A stretch of 64,000 nucleotides of DNA from Lepidodermella squamata. Its lineage: Eukaryota > Animalia > Gastrotricha. Shown here in pieces: positions 38,301 to 51,497 of this stretch (position 1 is the first letter of the stretch; the number at the start of each line of letters is the position of its first letter). Below the pieces are notes generated by a model. The model did no database searches. It was not told the DNA's origin and was given only the letters and a program-made list of their open reading frames with translations. Position numbers and translations under genes: made by a program. Location of the stretch: assembly GCA_047495785.1 (NCBI GenBank), contig JBLDXI010000042.1, positions 4,774,001-4,838,000 on the forward strand. The letters run 5' to 3'.

Positions 38301-41300
38301 CGGCGCCTTCGACACGCCTCCGTTCGGCGCCGTTGCCAAGTGGAAACACCTGATAACAACATCGCCGCGCAGCAGCAGCGGCGCCTCCGGGCTGACAACC
38401 AGCCGGCCGGAACCGACCGGCAGCAGGAAGACGCCCGAGGTGTAGACCAAGCTCAGGCCCTGGTACACTTTAACGTACAGCTGCAGGCCTTTCGAAGTGT
38501 CGGCGTTGGCGGCCGACAGCAGGGCGCCGGCGTCGGCGGGCAGGCGGCTGATGATGACGTGGTGCAGGTACGACGGCTCGGCGTTGATTTGAATGTCGCC
38601 GGTGAGCAGGCCGTCGAAGTAGCGCACGTAGCGCAGTTGCGACGGCGTGAGGCCGTCACGCATCGATGATGATTCGCAGAACGCCTTTATGGCTAATTGC
38701 TCCATTAGCTGCGAATCAGACGCCGTGCAGATATCCAAGTATCTAAAATCATTAAATTGTGAAATTTAAATTGAGGAATTGGACATTTAACAAAGAAAGT
38801 CTCAAAAATTGTTTCACAATCAATGAAAATTTAGGAATGAATTTGAATGACTAAAAATTCAAGGCTACAGTTGGAATAGAAAATTCGGAGAAAAAAAATC
38901 CAAATTAAATGCTTAAATTTCGGCGTGAAATTGAACTGGCGCATGGCTCATTCAAGAATCACATCTTTAACGATTTTCTGAGCCCCTGAAAATCGTAAAT
39001 TCCCAAGTATAATCGCTCCACTTTTCCAATAAAAATGTATAAATTTTGGGCTTGAAACCTACCGAATTACGGGCCTCTCTTTTTAACAGCCTCGGCGATT
39101 CAAAAATTTAAAAAATTCTGCGATATTTTTTGATCTATCCTATTGCTTTAACAATTGGCATCTCCCATTTTCAGAATATTTGCGAAAAATTGCTGTTTGA
39201 CGAGGCAGCTTTCCAATTCTCATACTGCTGTCCATTTTAGAAAAAATCGGAAAAAGCGGCAATTTAAGAACGCTTTCCCATCATATTTCCCTACTTCGAA
39301 TTATGTTGGAACTTCAAAATTTAGGATTTACAAGCTTCAATAGGATCAAATTTCAGAATTCAATAAAAATCTGGAAACTGCTTAAAAATCTGAATTGCTG
39401 GTGCCCATAAGACTGCGAAAATATAGATTTAGCAATCCCCAAATCCCAAGATTAGAATTATAATCACTTGGATTCCCGTATATTTCAGTTTATAGTCGAA
39501 TTTACAAGTTCAGAGCTTGTTTAAAAAGGTCGGAAATCGGAGCCAGGTGAAAAATTACTCGAATTGCTCGAATTTCTCGCGTTTAATTTGATTCACTTCC
39601 CCACCCAAATGAATTGATCCGATTCAGAGCAAGCTTCGAAATTGCAAGCCAATTTTTCCAAGGTGCTTTCGTTTCAATTTAAGAGCTTCCAACTTGTTTT
39701 TAAATGGGATTTTTCAGTCGTAACTTGAAACTTGAACCAACCTTGCATAGGCGAGTAAAACTGTGGCCAATCGACCGACAGCGCCTTTGCAGTGCAGCGC
39801 GACAACGTGTTGCGAGTCCTCGCTCAGGAACAAATCGATGCTCTTGCAGATGGAGCACAGGCGCTCGAGCGGCGGGCCGAGGTCGCGCGGCCACGATGCA
39901 TCGAGCTGGCGCACGTTCAGCCCGGAGAGTTCGGGCCGTGGGCCAGAGACATTCACGAGCAGCACGTTGTCGGAGCCGTGATGCTGGCGGACGAGGGCGA
40001 CGGCGGACGAAATTGCAGCGCCGTAGGCGGCCTCAGAATCGGCACCGGCGCCATCCTCAGTCGCGTAGTGAATTGCCACAATATGATCACTACAATTTGA
40101 AAATTGATTAGAAAAATCAGAAAAATTGGTAGTGAAAAGTCAGCTAAAAATGGATTGGAAAATCTTAAATTCCTGTTTTCTAATTTTTCATAATTCTTCG
40201 AACCCATAGCATAGCATAGCATAGCATTTTCTTTATTTTATCTTTTCCTTCATTGATTGATCAACAATAACATAACAATAACAATTGAGTTCAAATACAG
40301 AAACGAAGAAACAAAAATGAGAAGGAAAAATGATAAAATAAAATTCATTCCGGTGTACCCAATTCGCCGGGCGTGATGTAAATTTTGTTCACGCCAAGCG
40401 AACCGAGTGTCGGAGGAGGACCGGTAGCAAGCTACCTATCCTGATCGTCAACCTCAAAAACTCATCCTTACTCTGATATTTCAATTTCACCAAAATAACT
40501 ATGAATTTTTTGTCTCCAAGTAGTTCTATCCTGGGCCAGGGCGTTGGCCTCCTCGAACCCTCCTCTTCCTCTCGAACCCATCATCAAAAAATGTCCAATT
40601 CGTGATTATTTGAAAAATCCTAATTTACCATCCTACTTTCAATTCCATTAGGATTCCTATATATGATTCCTTTAGGATTCGGATTCCTATTCAATATTTC
40701 CTTACTCAATTATTCTAATCCGAATTAGGATTTTTTCATCAAAAACTAATTCCTATTCTCAAAGCTTCCTTCTCCATCATCCTTTCTTATTCCTAATATC
40801 CATTAGGACTTTCATTCCACTTTATTCATATTCCTAATACAATTCCTATTCCTATGTCAACTTCTATCTCACATTCTAAACTGCCCAAAGGAATTCAATT
40901 GTACCTATTCGAATTTCCTAATGATTTTGGAAAAATTCCAGAATTATAGGAAATGGACTGATTAAACTTTCGAACTCCAAACGAGAAAGAACCTATTTCT
41001 AAAATTGAGCCTAATCTCGAATCCATTAATCCGTCTTAAAGTCCTGGAGCAACCAATTTTTTCGAATTTAGCGAACATTTTAGCCCAAGCTGAACCTTGA
41101 GCTGATTTTTAAACTTTAAGGATTTTGGTGAAAATGAAGGCTGGGATTACTTTCGAAAAAAACACAGCACTTACGTGACGTAGCTGGTCACGAGTTGCTT
41201 CTCAGAATCGGCCATGGTTGAAGACGAGACCGAGTGAGGCGGCGCGTGTCGATGATGCTGAAAATGAACCGGGAGGCGGACGACGAGCGGGCTCGCGGCT

Positions 41301-44300
41301 GCGAAGCGGGGCGAGGCGCGGGAAGGCGACGACTGGCCGCGGGTGTTAAAATAATTGCTATTGCTGCCGCCGAGTGATAAGAGGCTCGGCGGGGTCTTCG
41401 GCGTCGACGAGGCGCCCGAAGACGGCGAGGCAGTTACAGCGTGACGGGTCGAGGGCACGCACTCGACCGTAACCTACAGCAAAAAATGAACACAAAAAAT
41501 CAAGAAAAATCAGAAAAATTCCGGAAAATTATAAAAATCATTATAATTGAAAATTGTTGCGCCATTCACTTAAAATGCATCTAATAAAATTTTCGAAAAT
41601 TTAATTTGAACCAACAATAAATTAAAAAAATCTGAAAATGTCTCGACACTAAGATGGAAAAAGCGCCATGTCCCATTTAAAAGCAGGCAAAATAAAGCCT
41701 GAAATTTTACCCAGATTAGAACCTAAATAGCGGAATAGGAATTTCTCGATTCAAAATCCTGAAAACTGGGAAATGTCAGGGCCTAACAATCCAAAAATGA
41801 TCAAAAATCTTTCTACATTTCGAAAACTCATTCATCTGAAAAAATGATTCAGAAAGAAAAAACCTAGAATAGGAATCATCCTTAATTTTAGCCGGAATTT
41901 AGCTCTCAGCGGAATTTTAATATGAGTCGTATAAAAAGAATGAAATCACTGAATGGGAATTTTACTACGTTTTACGCAGCCTGCGGGTGATACAATAACA
42001 GCTGGGAATATCTCATGATACAGGCCGATATGGCGGTCTCTACAAAAGCATGATCCCACCACCAGTACTACAACATCAACGCCTTATCTTCAAGGCTGAA
42101 AGCTGATAATATCTTATGAAACAAAGCGATAATAAACACCGGGCGTGCGCACAGGTATAACGCAAAAAACAACTCGCAGTTTTCCGCGACGTGAAAGTCA
42201 TACACATAGCTATTACAACTTATAAAGAAGGCATTAGTAATGCACAAGAAAGGCATTGTTTCCGAGGTTTCAATGACACGGCTCGCGAGATGCCAGCAGA
42301 AAATAACAAAGCGCGCGACCTTGTCACGCCATACAATTGTCGCCTCGTCATCGCGCGATTATCTCTCGTGCCGCTATTAAAGCGATTATTATAATAAATA
42401 ATACGCAAAGGTTGAGGAGCTTTAAATAGCAGCTCAAAACCCGAAAAATACCTAAGCCGGAAATTTCTTCTTACCGTATAAGAGTTGACAGCGTTGCGAA
42501 CCGGCGCAACGCGTGTAAGCACCACTCGAGGCGGGGACATATTTTTCCGAAATTTTTTATCACAGGTCTTCTAATCTACTTCGTTATAATTTAGAAAATA
42601 ATAACACAGGGTGCGTAAAAATTTTAACCTCCTTTGAACGCGTTTGCCATTGAATAAAGGCGCGCGCGTGCCTTTCATAAATGAATAGTAGGGCGCTGCT
42701 GCTGGGTCATATTTTTTTCATGTTTTATTTGCTCTAAAAATTATGTGTGTGCGTGTGTGTGTGTGTTGGCTCCTTTTAATGGCCTATAAAGCGACACCGG
42801 TGCCGGCAATTAAGGCGGCATGTGGCCCTGGTATTACCCTATAGGGTCGAGTGCGCTTTTTGTTGTTGGCTAAACGCGACTAACAATAACGAGTTAAATG
42901 CAGGTAAAAGGAAATGAGAACGTACCTGTGATGAGTCATCGTCATCATCGGCAGATTGTCACGTCGTTGATGAGATGATGAAATTTTGTAATTTTCCACA
43001 GTAGAGTAATAATAACGGGTAAATAACAGCGGCGGAGATGGAAATGTCGCAACAGCAGCCGGTTGCAAGGTTAAAACAGCGCATAAAAAGACAAAAAAAC
43101 ACAACAATTTAGCATTTCGATAAGAAATATTGGAGCTATTCATTTCATCTTTTACTGAATTTTTCCCAACTAAAAGTGCCGAAAATTGTCTTGAAATTTA
43201 AGCCAAGGAAATTTTTAGGCTACAATTAGACAGGAAGCCGTTATTGTCCGTAATTAGGATCGAACTCGAGACTCGCTAGCGATAAAAACTACGATCGAAA
43301 TTTCAGCGATAATTATTTAAAAAATTGTTAAAATTCCGAAAGCTTGAAATAAAAAATATTCGGAATGTCCCTCTTCTGCGTAGACCTTGCGAATTTGGAT
43401 TCAAGCTGGCGCCTAATTCGTAGTGCCTTATATCCGGAGAATTATATCCGGCAAAAAAATGAATAATGAGCGCCAGCCGCAAAGAAATGATATTATTGTC
43501 TAAGGTTCGGAATTCGAAACGTTATAGGCCAGATTCTCGAATTCGTAAAATTTCGAGGAACTTCACAAAATTTGCCGGATTCCTCAACTTTTCGAAGGCC
43601 GATAAGCTATTAAAAAAGATTCCTAAAATTTAAAAAAATAGCGCTATATTCATCAAATTGCTCTGCTGACTTAAACGGGAAATAAATAAATAAAAATATT
43701 TCCGAGAAATTCGTCGAGAAAAGTCTAAATTTTCAAATTTTGGGAACCTTAGGAGAAGTTTGATTTCGTAAAAAAATATTTTTTTTAAATTATAAATTTA
43801 TTTTCGAGAATCATCTCAAAGTTGATAATCAAGGTAGGTAGTTAACGGCGAGATAAGCGGGGGTAGCTTTTATATAACCAGCCAGGCTCAGATTTTTATC
43901 AGGGCAAATCAGAGAAGTTGACCGGTCTATAAATGTTTATCGAGGCGGGTAAACAAATAATCAAGAGTATAATGCAGTATAGGCCAGGCCAAGGTAAAAA
44001 AGCAGCACCCCATCGACTGGCCACAGGGCGCCAAAAATGCAACCGCCCCCGCACGCATCTACGTGCCTCGGTTGCTGCCGCGAAAAAAAATCAGCCGAGC
44101 ATGATGGGATTACGTTGTAGTACAATCATAATTATGAAAAACTATAAAGCCACGGCTGTATATGATTTTCATATAAGCTATTGTTGTTGTTGTTGTTGCC
44201 TTTTTACTATACCTAGTAGTCGTAGTTATTCTACAACAAGGTCGAGGTTTGTTTATCGGCTTATAGCATTAGCTCGATGCCGCTTTTGTGTGTTTATCTA

Positions 44301-47300
44301 TCGACCCCCGGCCTGGGCTACATACCGGCAAATAGCTGCCACAGCACTGGCTCCGAGTCTAATAGCTAAAGTAGTTGCGCTTTTTTTCAACAGGGTGCGA
44401 CATCCGAGGACATACAGGTAGGTATCAGTGTAAGAGTATCATTAAATTGAGCATCATGTATAGGTAGCCATCCAAAACACGCTTCAAGCGAACATGAATT
44501 TTGAGATAAATTAAACAAGGCAGTTAATAAATTTAAAAGTTTGTTATTTATCCAAAACATTAGATAGAATCTCCTAAAAGTTTATTTTTGTCCGTGCAAT
44601 TTGAGACTTAACTGGTTGATTTAATGACTGGTTAAATGAGCGATTTTAAGCAAAGAATTTCGTCCTTTTGGACAATTCGCTCCAATATTCTTAAGAATTC
44701 CATTGAATTTGGAATAGTAATTTTCCTCAATTCTGTTTTTAGATAACAAAATTGGGTCATAGGATGCAAAGTGCACACCCTAAATTGAGGGTTCCAGCGC
44801 AAATTTTATGGGTTCCAGCACTGGATTTCCCCGAAGCAATATTGCTTGCGTTCCATTTTTTATGATTACGATCCACAAAAGAAGAGATTTGAGCTATATA
44901 AGCGGTCGAATTAAGCAGAGCTGAAATCGATTTCCAATATCAATTTCGCTAATCAGTGATTTTCCCGAAATCAGAAGTATCGGAAGCCTGATGGTAGCTC
45001 AATAAAGAATTCCCAAGGTCATGAAAGCTTCATAATAGGTCCAGAAAAAGAAAAGCCGAAGTTGAAAAAAGTTGGATAAATTGAATAAATTTCGAGTTGA
45101 AACCTCAATTTTAGCGGTCCGACCCTTAATTTTTTTTCGTTGTTGTTCAGAGCCAAAGTTTATGAACCCATAACGATTTTATGGCTCCGGAAAATAATTC
45201 TGGCCAGAATAGCGCAAGAACTTAGAAATTTGTTCATGAGAAGCAGATAAATTCCTTAATTTTTAAGGAATTTTCACAAGAATTTCCGAAAACCTGAAGC
45301 ACCTAAACAACCCGAAGAGCAGGTTGGCTACTGCAAAGTTGGAAAAGGAGAACGAAGAACGAAAAATCTGAATGATGCGAGCGCGGGCTAGGGACGACGA
45401 GGTTATTTTAAGCTGATTTCAGCTTTCATACCCCGCTGGCAGATGATCCCAGCAGTTATGCATATTAAGTATAGAAAAAATGCGAGATAAAAAGTGTTCG
45501 AATCGAACATATCGCCACTGTTACGGCTGTTGCTTTTTGTTATTTCAACGAAAAAAAAATGGAAAGCCCTGCGATATATGGAATCTTTCGCGGCTTACAG
45601 GTAAAAAGGCGTTGCTGCTGTTACCAATAATGATAATAAATATAAACGGTGCGCGCAAGAAATCAGACATGTGGCGCGGCTATATATTATTATTATACCT
45701 ATAATAATATGATCGATCGAACGTTGTAATAATGTATAATAAAGGTGTTTGATGGGATGATATAATATTGTTATTATTAACAGCAGCAGGGCATTCTTTG
45801 AATAACGAGCTGGCAAATGAGAATAACCACATCTCAAAGGGCGGCGACAGAATAATAATATCGCAAGAAAGGTAGGTATAGTAGGCAAAATGTCGCTTTT
45901 GTTTAATCGCAGTGATAATAATGAGCCGCGCAAAGAATGGCGAGTAATAAAAAAGCAATTCGGTACACGGGCCATCATCGCGCGCCCGGCGTCGAAGCTG
46001 TTCGGTAAACAATACAACCCGGCTGCGCTCTATCACTCGACACACTCGACCGCGATCGTGGAGGTATGTGCGCGCGCGCGGTGGTGGTGGTATGTAATAA
46101 AATTATATTGCGATGCGCGCACTTTTTTGCGCGCACGCCAAGACAATGCGCGCGCTCGCGCACGTTGACCGCGCCTGAATTTCTGCGCAAACACGGTTTT
46201 TTTCTTCGCTCGCTGCGTCTTTGAATCCGCAGCAAGTGCCGTTGCGTGCGATTGTCGTCGTCGAAAGCCGGCTTCTTGCCGTGTATAAAATAGGTATATA
46301 ACTATTATTATTATTATTACAGCGGCAGCCGGTGGTCATTTTACACCGGCCGATTGCACTCGAGCGTGCGTGCCCGACGTGACCGGCTGGTCCTAGTCTG
46401 GCTGCCTAGGCGCAGGTGCTGCTAACGACCGGCGAACGGAAGCGGAAAAACGGCAACTCAACACTTTTTATATTGCGATGTAATTGTGTTGTATTATGCA
46501 ATTTGAGAGATCTGATATTAATAATAATAATAAATAATAATATCGTCATTCGTTTTTCGCGGCCACTCGACGAAAACGGGCCCCTTGGCTCGAGAATATT
46601 CAAGAGTATCATGGAGCTCTTGAATCGTAATTGGATTAAAAAATACTGGTCATTCCCGCAATAACTTGTTTTTTTCTTCATAAACTCCAGGTATATAGAA
46701 AGGTGCTGGTAGAGTCGAGTATTTGGAAATGGGACGAAAAATATAATATTTCCATTGAAAAATAGTAAAATTGTCTAGAAATGAAAAACTTATGTGCTAT
46801 AAAATTTCCCACTCGGCTATAGCGAAAATAGAAATTGGTATAGAACAACTAAATTTCCAAAAATTATTGAGGATTTTACTAATTTTTTTCACGAAAATAA
46901 TGGATTCCGCATTATTTAGTTGACTCCAAAGGTGAGAGAAGGTAGAATACTTATCCGATTTTCAAGGCTGAAGGTAAGATGAAGCGCAAATTATACTAAA
47001 AAATGACAAAAATCGCTGTTGTTCGCTAATTTATTCAGAAAAAACCTGAAAATGATACCGCTTGATATATCAAATTTTTTCATTTTATGCATTAGCCCAG
47101 TAAAAATTCAGAGAAGGAGAGGAAGATTCTTTTGATGAAAAGAAGATAATTGATAAGCCAACCTAAAATTTGCGGCTACAAATATTATTTTCTATAAATC
47201 ATAAAAAATTCCGAATTTACAAATTCGGGAGATAAAAATGAATCCAAGAGAAGACCTTGGGCCTATAATAAAAATTTGAAAAATTGTTGTGTAATCTTTT

Positions 47301-50300
47301 GCAGCCACTATCAATAATAAATTTCCGTTTGTTAAACTCAATCGAACTTGAATCCTACGGGCACCTATCGATCATTTTTGCAACGATATTTCCGCATTCG
47401 CTGAAGCTGATTAAAATCTAGCTGAAATTTCTTACGAAGGGTAGGGGAAATAAGGAAATATTTCCCAGCCCTAAGTCCCAAAATTTATCTTCCATCGGCG
47501 ATAGATAAATCGTGAAATAATATTGCTATATAATTGTAGAAATTTTTAACATATTTTATATGAAAATTGTCGAGGATTATCTATACACATAAAAATAGGA
47601 GATTATTATTAGCGGTTGGAATAAATTTCTCACGTGCCAGACGTCATCATCATCGCTCCTTACAAGTAGATGCCTGAGGTTTGAAGCGTCGCCGCGTTCT
47701 GGCTCGGCTGATGTGTGGCGATGGAGATGATGAGTCATCTCGCAATAATAACAACCCTAATATTATCGCAGACATAATTATACCTACTCACTCCTGTGAT
47801 GGTACTATAGCAGTTATTATACTACAGAAAAACGCAGGTGAGGTAAGTCGTATAGATAGATAGGTGGAGGGTGGGTCTGTAATATTTTTATTATTAGTAG
47901 TAGTAGAAGAACTGGTTGCCGCGTGTTTGCCGCGTCTTCTTGGTGTGTTTGCGCGCGGCGTTTGTGACGTTGCGGCCGCCCAACACCGCGCGAATGATGA
48001 CTCGATAATAAATGAGCATCGGCGTGTGCTAATGGCCGCACGCGTGTCAAGCCTCAGCGCCGTCGTCACGCCTTTGCGGAAACGAAGAACCGCAGGATGC
48101 GAATAAGGAAAGCAACAGGCAGCAGTGTAAAACAGCTGCACGGTGATGAGTAACACAATCACGGCATCCGGTGCAATTCGCAATTCATTTAACAAATATA
48201 GGCGACAGGCGACAAAAATCATAAAAGATATCGCGGCGATTAATGGATTTTTTTCTAATAATTAATACGATGACCGCTTGAAATTCCCACAAGGGAGCTG
48301 GAAAGATAGAATGGTATCCATAAGCTATAACGATATATTCTGATTGAATTTTTCCTAAAAGTAAAACGGTTTCTGGTTAGAAGAATCGGAAAATACCTGT
48401 GCATTTTATTTAATATATTAAAATTAATTCCGTTAATTAAACGGAAAATAGACAGAAAGTTATAATGATGGGCGAAGTTAAATCTCATGGCCAGAAAAAT
48501 TCTTCAAGTATGAATCCTGAGAAATCCGGAGAAATTCGTTAAATTCGGTAAAATACCGAAAATTACCGAACCACCGGGTTTTCTGGGTTTTCTCCGGAAA
48601 ATTTCCATTTTCTTCGGTAAAATTGCGGGTGAAGGATGGAAGGTAGGTTCAAGAATAGGATCAATATACGAAAATAGATAAATTAACCACGAAAATTCGC
48701 GGAGTTGGAAAGCAATTGCGCAACTCAGTGGAAACGCTGTGGTAAAGTTTTGGCATTTTTACGGCTATTGCCTTATTTTTTCCATTTTTCTTGAATTTTT
48801 TTCATCAATTTCTTAAAATCCTATACATAACTTGAAAAATTGGAACTATAAAAATATTAGGCTGCGATTGAATCGATGAATTTCAATCATTTGGGAACCT
48901 AAAAATTAAGGTAACAGAAAAAGATCGTAAATCTAGAAGTTCAGAAATCAGATGTGTACTACAATCATTAAGTTTGGATTTCAATACTTTGAAAATAGTA
49001 AAGTTGGTTCATCCCGATATCATTATTTTTCGCCGTCTAACTTTTTTCGTATCCTAACATCCTAACGTTTTAACTGTAAAATTGGTTGTTAGCACCTCCT
49101 TAATTAATGATAAAGCTGTTTAACACGATAAAACGGTTATCTCTACATCCGAACATGGCGTTTCGGGCGGTGGGAAGCGCGTTTCGGGCTTTGTCGGGCG
49201 CCCGGCGCCTGCAGGCTCATCATGCGCGCGCGCTTGCGAAAATCAATGACAGATACGCGCTAATTAAACAGCGGGCGGGTTATTACACAACAAAAGTAAT
49301 ATATATGTAGTGGAGGTTATCACTTACGAGGCTGGCTTCGCAGTGCTCGTGAGCCATCTGATTGCAGACTGCATCGAAAACAAACCAGATTTGATAACAA
49401 GATAAGCGTGAAGATGAACAACACCAGCACAGGGATATTAATATAGATGAAAAGATAAAAAGAAATTTTTATTGTGGAATAATTTCCATTTTTTTCGCTC
49501 GCCTCTCACCTGTGCATATCGAAGCGGCTTCGCTTGAGAGAATAGGAAGGCGGCAAGCAACACATATTGCACGTGTCCATGTAATATTCTGTTCGAAAGC
49601 TGCTAGGGAATGGCCGTGAGTTGTACTCGATTCACTGTCAAATTCGTCATCCGTTTCATCTGGTTAAAAAATTATTCGGAATAAAATGATAGAAAAATTA
49701 CAATTTTTGCGAAATTTCAGCAAAATACAATTGAGCACATGATTTTGCTCTAATGAAATGAAGAGAAAAGGAGGAATTTTGTAAGGGCGATTTTTGCCAT
49801 AGCCCATATGCCTTTTTAATTTTTTTCCGGTTTTAAATTTGGCAAAAACTTGAAAAATTATGGAAAATTTGAAATTTTAAGTGTAAAATTCTGTTTTTTC
49901 TTACTGCATGATAGACAACTTCAGAATTTTGTATGGCTTTCATCAAACTGAGAAAATTCTAAGAATAGAAAATTTGAAAAAATGTCCTTCAACATTTTTT
50001 AAGCTTCGAATTTCAATTTTCAAGAAATTTTCAGAAAATTAGATTTTACCTGATCTCCATCGCTTGCTGTTTTCTGACATGACGAGTCGCGGATCCATGG
50101 ACCCATTTCGCTGCTGGTAGCAATTAACAACTGGATTCTGGTGATGAAAATGATTATGCTGGCAAGGCGATGACGCATCGTCGAGTAGGGTGTTCAGAGT
50201 GAGCGCTGACCTCGCTTCGGCCGGCGGCGACATTGGCGGCATGCCAACGAGGCGTTTCCGCTTCACGCGCCGGCAACATCCGATGCGAACCTCATCGACT

Positions 50301-51497
50301 ACAACCGGCACTGTTATCAACTCGGTGTTTTCGTATCGCTCGTAACTCGACATCGGCCGATCGACTAAAAAAATTGAAAAATTAAAGAAAATAAAAATAA
50401 AAATAGCGAAAAATATATGAGTATAAGTAATAAATAATGGCCGTGAGGAATTAACAGATTCTGCAATGATAATGTTCTTCAATCCAAATTTTATGGATAT
50501 TTCTCGCTATAGGATCTCACCCATTTAATTACATTCCGAACATCTGTCTGGAGAGCTGAAATAACAATCTAAGAAATTGCACACTTCCACGTGATTTATA
50601 GCTGATTCTTATTCAATTGGAAGTCATGCGAGATAAGCGAGAAATGATTACCTGAAAAAATGTGATCGATATTTTCAAGATTGCAATAGCATTGTTTTAA
50701 GAAAGAAATAAAAAGACAGTAAAATTGGCACAGCTATATTGAGGTCAAGAATCGTCTCGAATTTGTAAAGAGCCGATAAAAATTAGCACCGGGCATCGGG
50801 TGGTCATAAAAAAATTAGCCGCCATCCGGGGCCCAAGTAGCCGCGTATAAATCAAATGGCGCCATTTTTATGCTAATTATGCGCAGAAAAAACGGGAAAC
50901 ATTCAAGGATAGGATAACGGCGTATAGAAAACGGGTCCATTATATAAATTTGAAAAGTATGAAACTTTTTACAGCTAATTTACAAAAATTATTTACAATA
51001 TTGTAGAGAATATGGAGGGGGCTCTGATAAAAAACTTCATATTTTTGCCAATTTAAAATCGAAAATAATTGCTAGAAATGAATATCCAGATTTTAGGCCT
51101 GTAACACTTCCCTACAAAAATCTAATTTTTTAATGACTAAAAAAAATAAAAAAATCTAACAAAACTGACTTGGCTGCCACTTGACGCCGGTTTCACAGCT
51201 CGGCATAGCAATGCAGGCTAGTTCGTTAGAAAACCTGTTGTAGCTGCTCTTTTTACCAAAATTCGAATCAGCAACAGTAGGTGGTTGTGGTGGTGGTTGT
51301 AAAGTTGCGTCACACCGCTCACAACTGCGCACGCGTGTTTTTTGACCACCGCGCGACAATAACAGGCGCCGGCGTGTCGCCTCGCACGCCGATGAGGCCG
51401 GGCAACGGCGGGGCGCGGTCCGGCCCACGTCACGTTCGCCGCCGTACAGCGTATACGCCTGGCTGGCGGCGTCGAAATACGCGTAAGATGCCGCCAT
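20363..51497 (-). CDS. TNS: Tensin (C1 - PTP-like - C2 - low-complexity middle - SH2 - PTB), large multi-exon gene
   Basis: Exons: 51497-51161, 50364-50050, 49659-49510 + 49368-49328 (C1), 41473-41175, 40089-39742 (PTP, ALHCKGAVGR), 38742-38216 (PSQLRYVRYF, C2), 37382-37317, 32743-32294, [31139-31101], 30734-30653, 29742-28756, [27856-27800; ~25876-25180; 25116-25030 uncertain], 24864-24691, 23992-23189, 22064-21454 (SH2: WYRANISRDEAI, FLIRDS, LVRHFLIE; start of PTB), 20665-20363 (GVTLTDNIRRLFFRRHYP, CHVFAELDPQQPA). The 5'-most exons and the linkage between 28756 and 24864 are not fully resolved. Confidence 0.92.
30140..30199. repeat. Degenerate (CTCAACT)n minisatellite in a tensin intron
   Basis: ctactcagcttctcaacttactcaactacaagtactcaacttctcaactcaacttcaagta. 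Confidence 0.55.
35943..36384 (-). CDS. Alternative first coding exon of a short tensin isoform lacking C1/PTP/C2
   Basis: ATG at 36384 opens a GC-rich ORF ending AGC C|gtatgc (phase 1), compatible with the phase-1 acceptor at 32743. Use as an internal exon via the adjacent AG gives a stop. Confidence 0.65.
36476..36489. promoter_or_regulatory. Canonical RFX X-box
   Basis: GTCGCCATGGCAAC fits GTYNCCATGGNAAC exactly; about 90 bp upstream of the ATG at 36384. Confidence 0.7.
37787..38051. mobile_element. Degenerate MITE-like repeat, copy 1
   Basis: ACCCTAAATTGAGGGTTCCA identical to 44777-44796; approximate inverted counterpart TGGAACCTTAATTTTGGTG at 38033-38051; shared internal TTTTAT(A/G)GGTTCC and ATCAGTGATTTT in the same order as copy 2. 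Confidence 0.4.
40208..40571 (-). mobile_element. 5'-truncated RTE-clade non-LTR retrotransposon (3' end only)
   Basis: 10-bp TSD TCGAACCCAT at 40198-40207 and 40572-40581; (ATGCT)4 tail; minus strand encodes GFEEANALAQDRTTWRQKIH...*, the AxDRxxWR motif typical of RTE ORF C-termini; stem GGCGTGA/TCACGCC in the 3' UTR. Confidence 0.85.
42475..42540 (-). CDS. Candidate alternative first exon of tensin (MSPPRVVLTRVAPVRNAVNSYT) bypassing most of C1
   Basis: AAAAATATG start context, 22 codons, strong ACG|gtaaga donor in phase 0 matching the phase-0 acceptor at 41473. Confidence 0.5.
44777..45114. mobile_element. Degenerate MITE-like repeat, copy 2
   Basis: Same 20-bp left end as 37787; approximate inverted end TGAAACCTCAATTTTAG at 45098-45114. 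Confidence 0.4.

Noticed and set aside
40620-40930. Recurrent ATTCCTA/TAGGATTC words resembling a repeat-spacer array
   Set aside because: No fixed repeat length or regular spacing; low-complexity intron DNA in a eukaryote, not CRISPR.
43933-48222. ORFs of 120-160 aa inside the largest tensin intron
   Set aside because: Translations reflect simple repeats (poly-I/N/C/L); no domains or splice support for nested genes.
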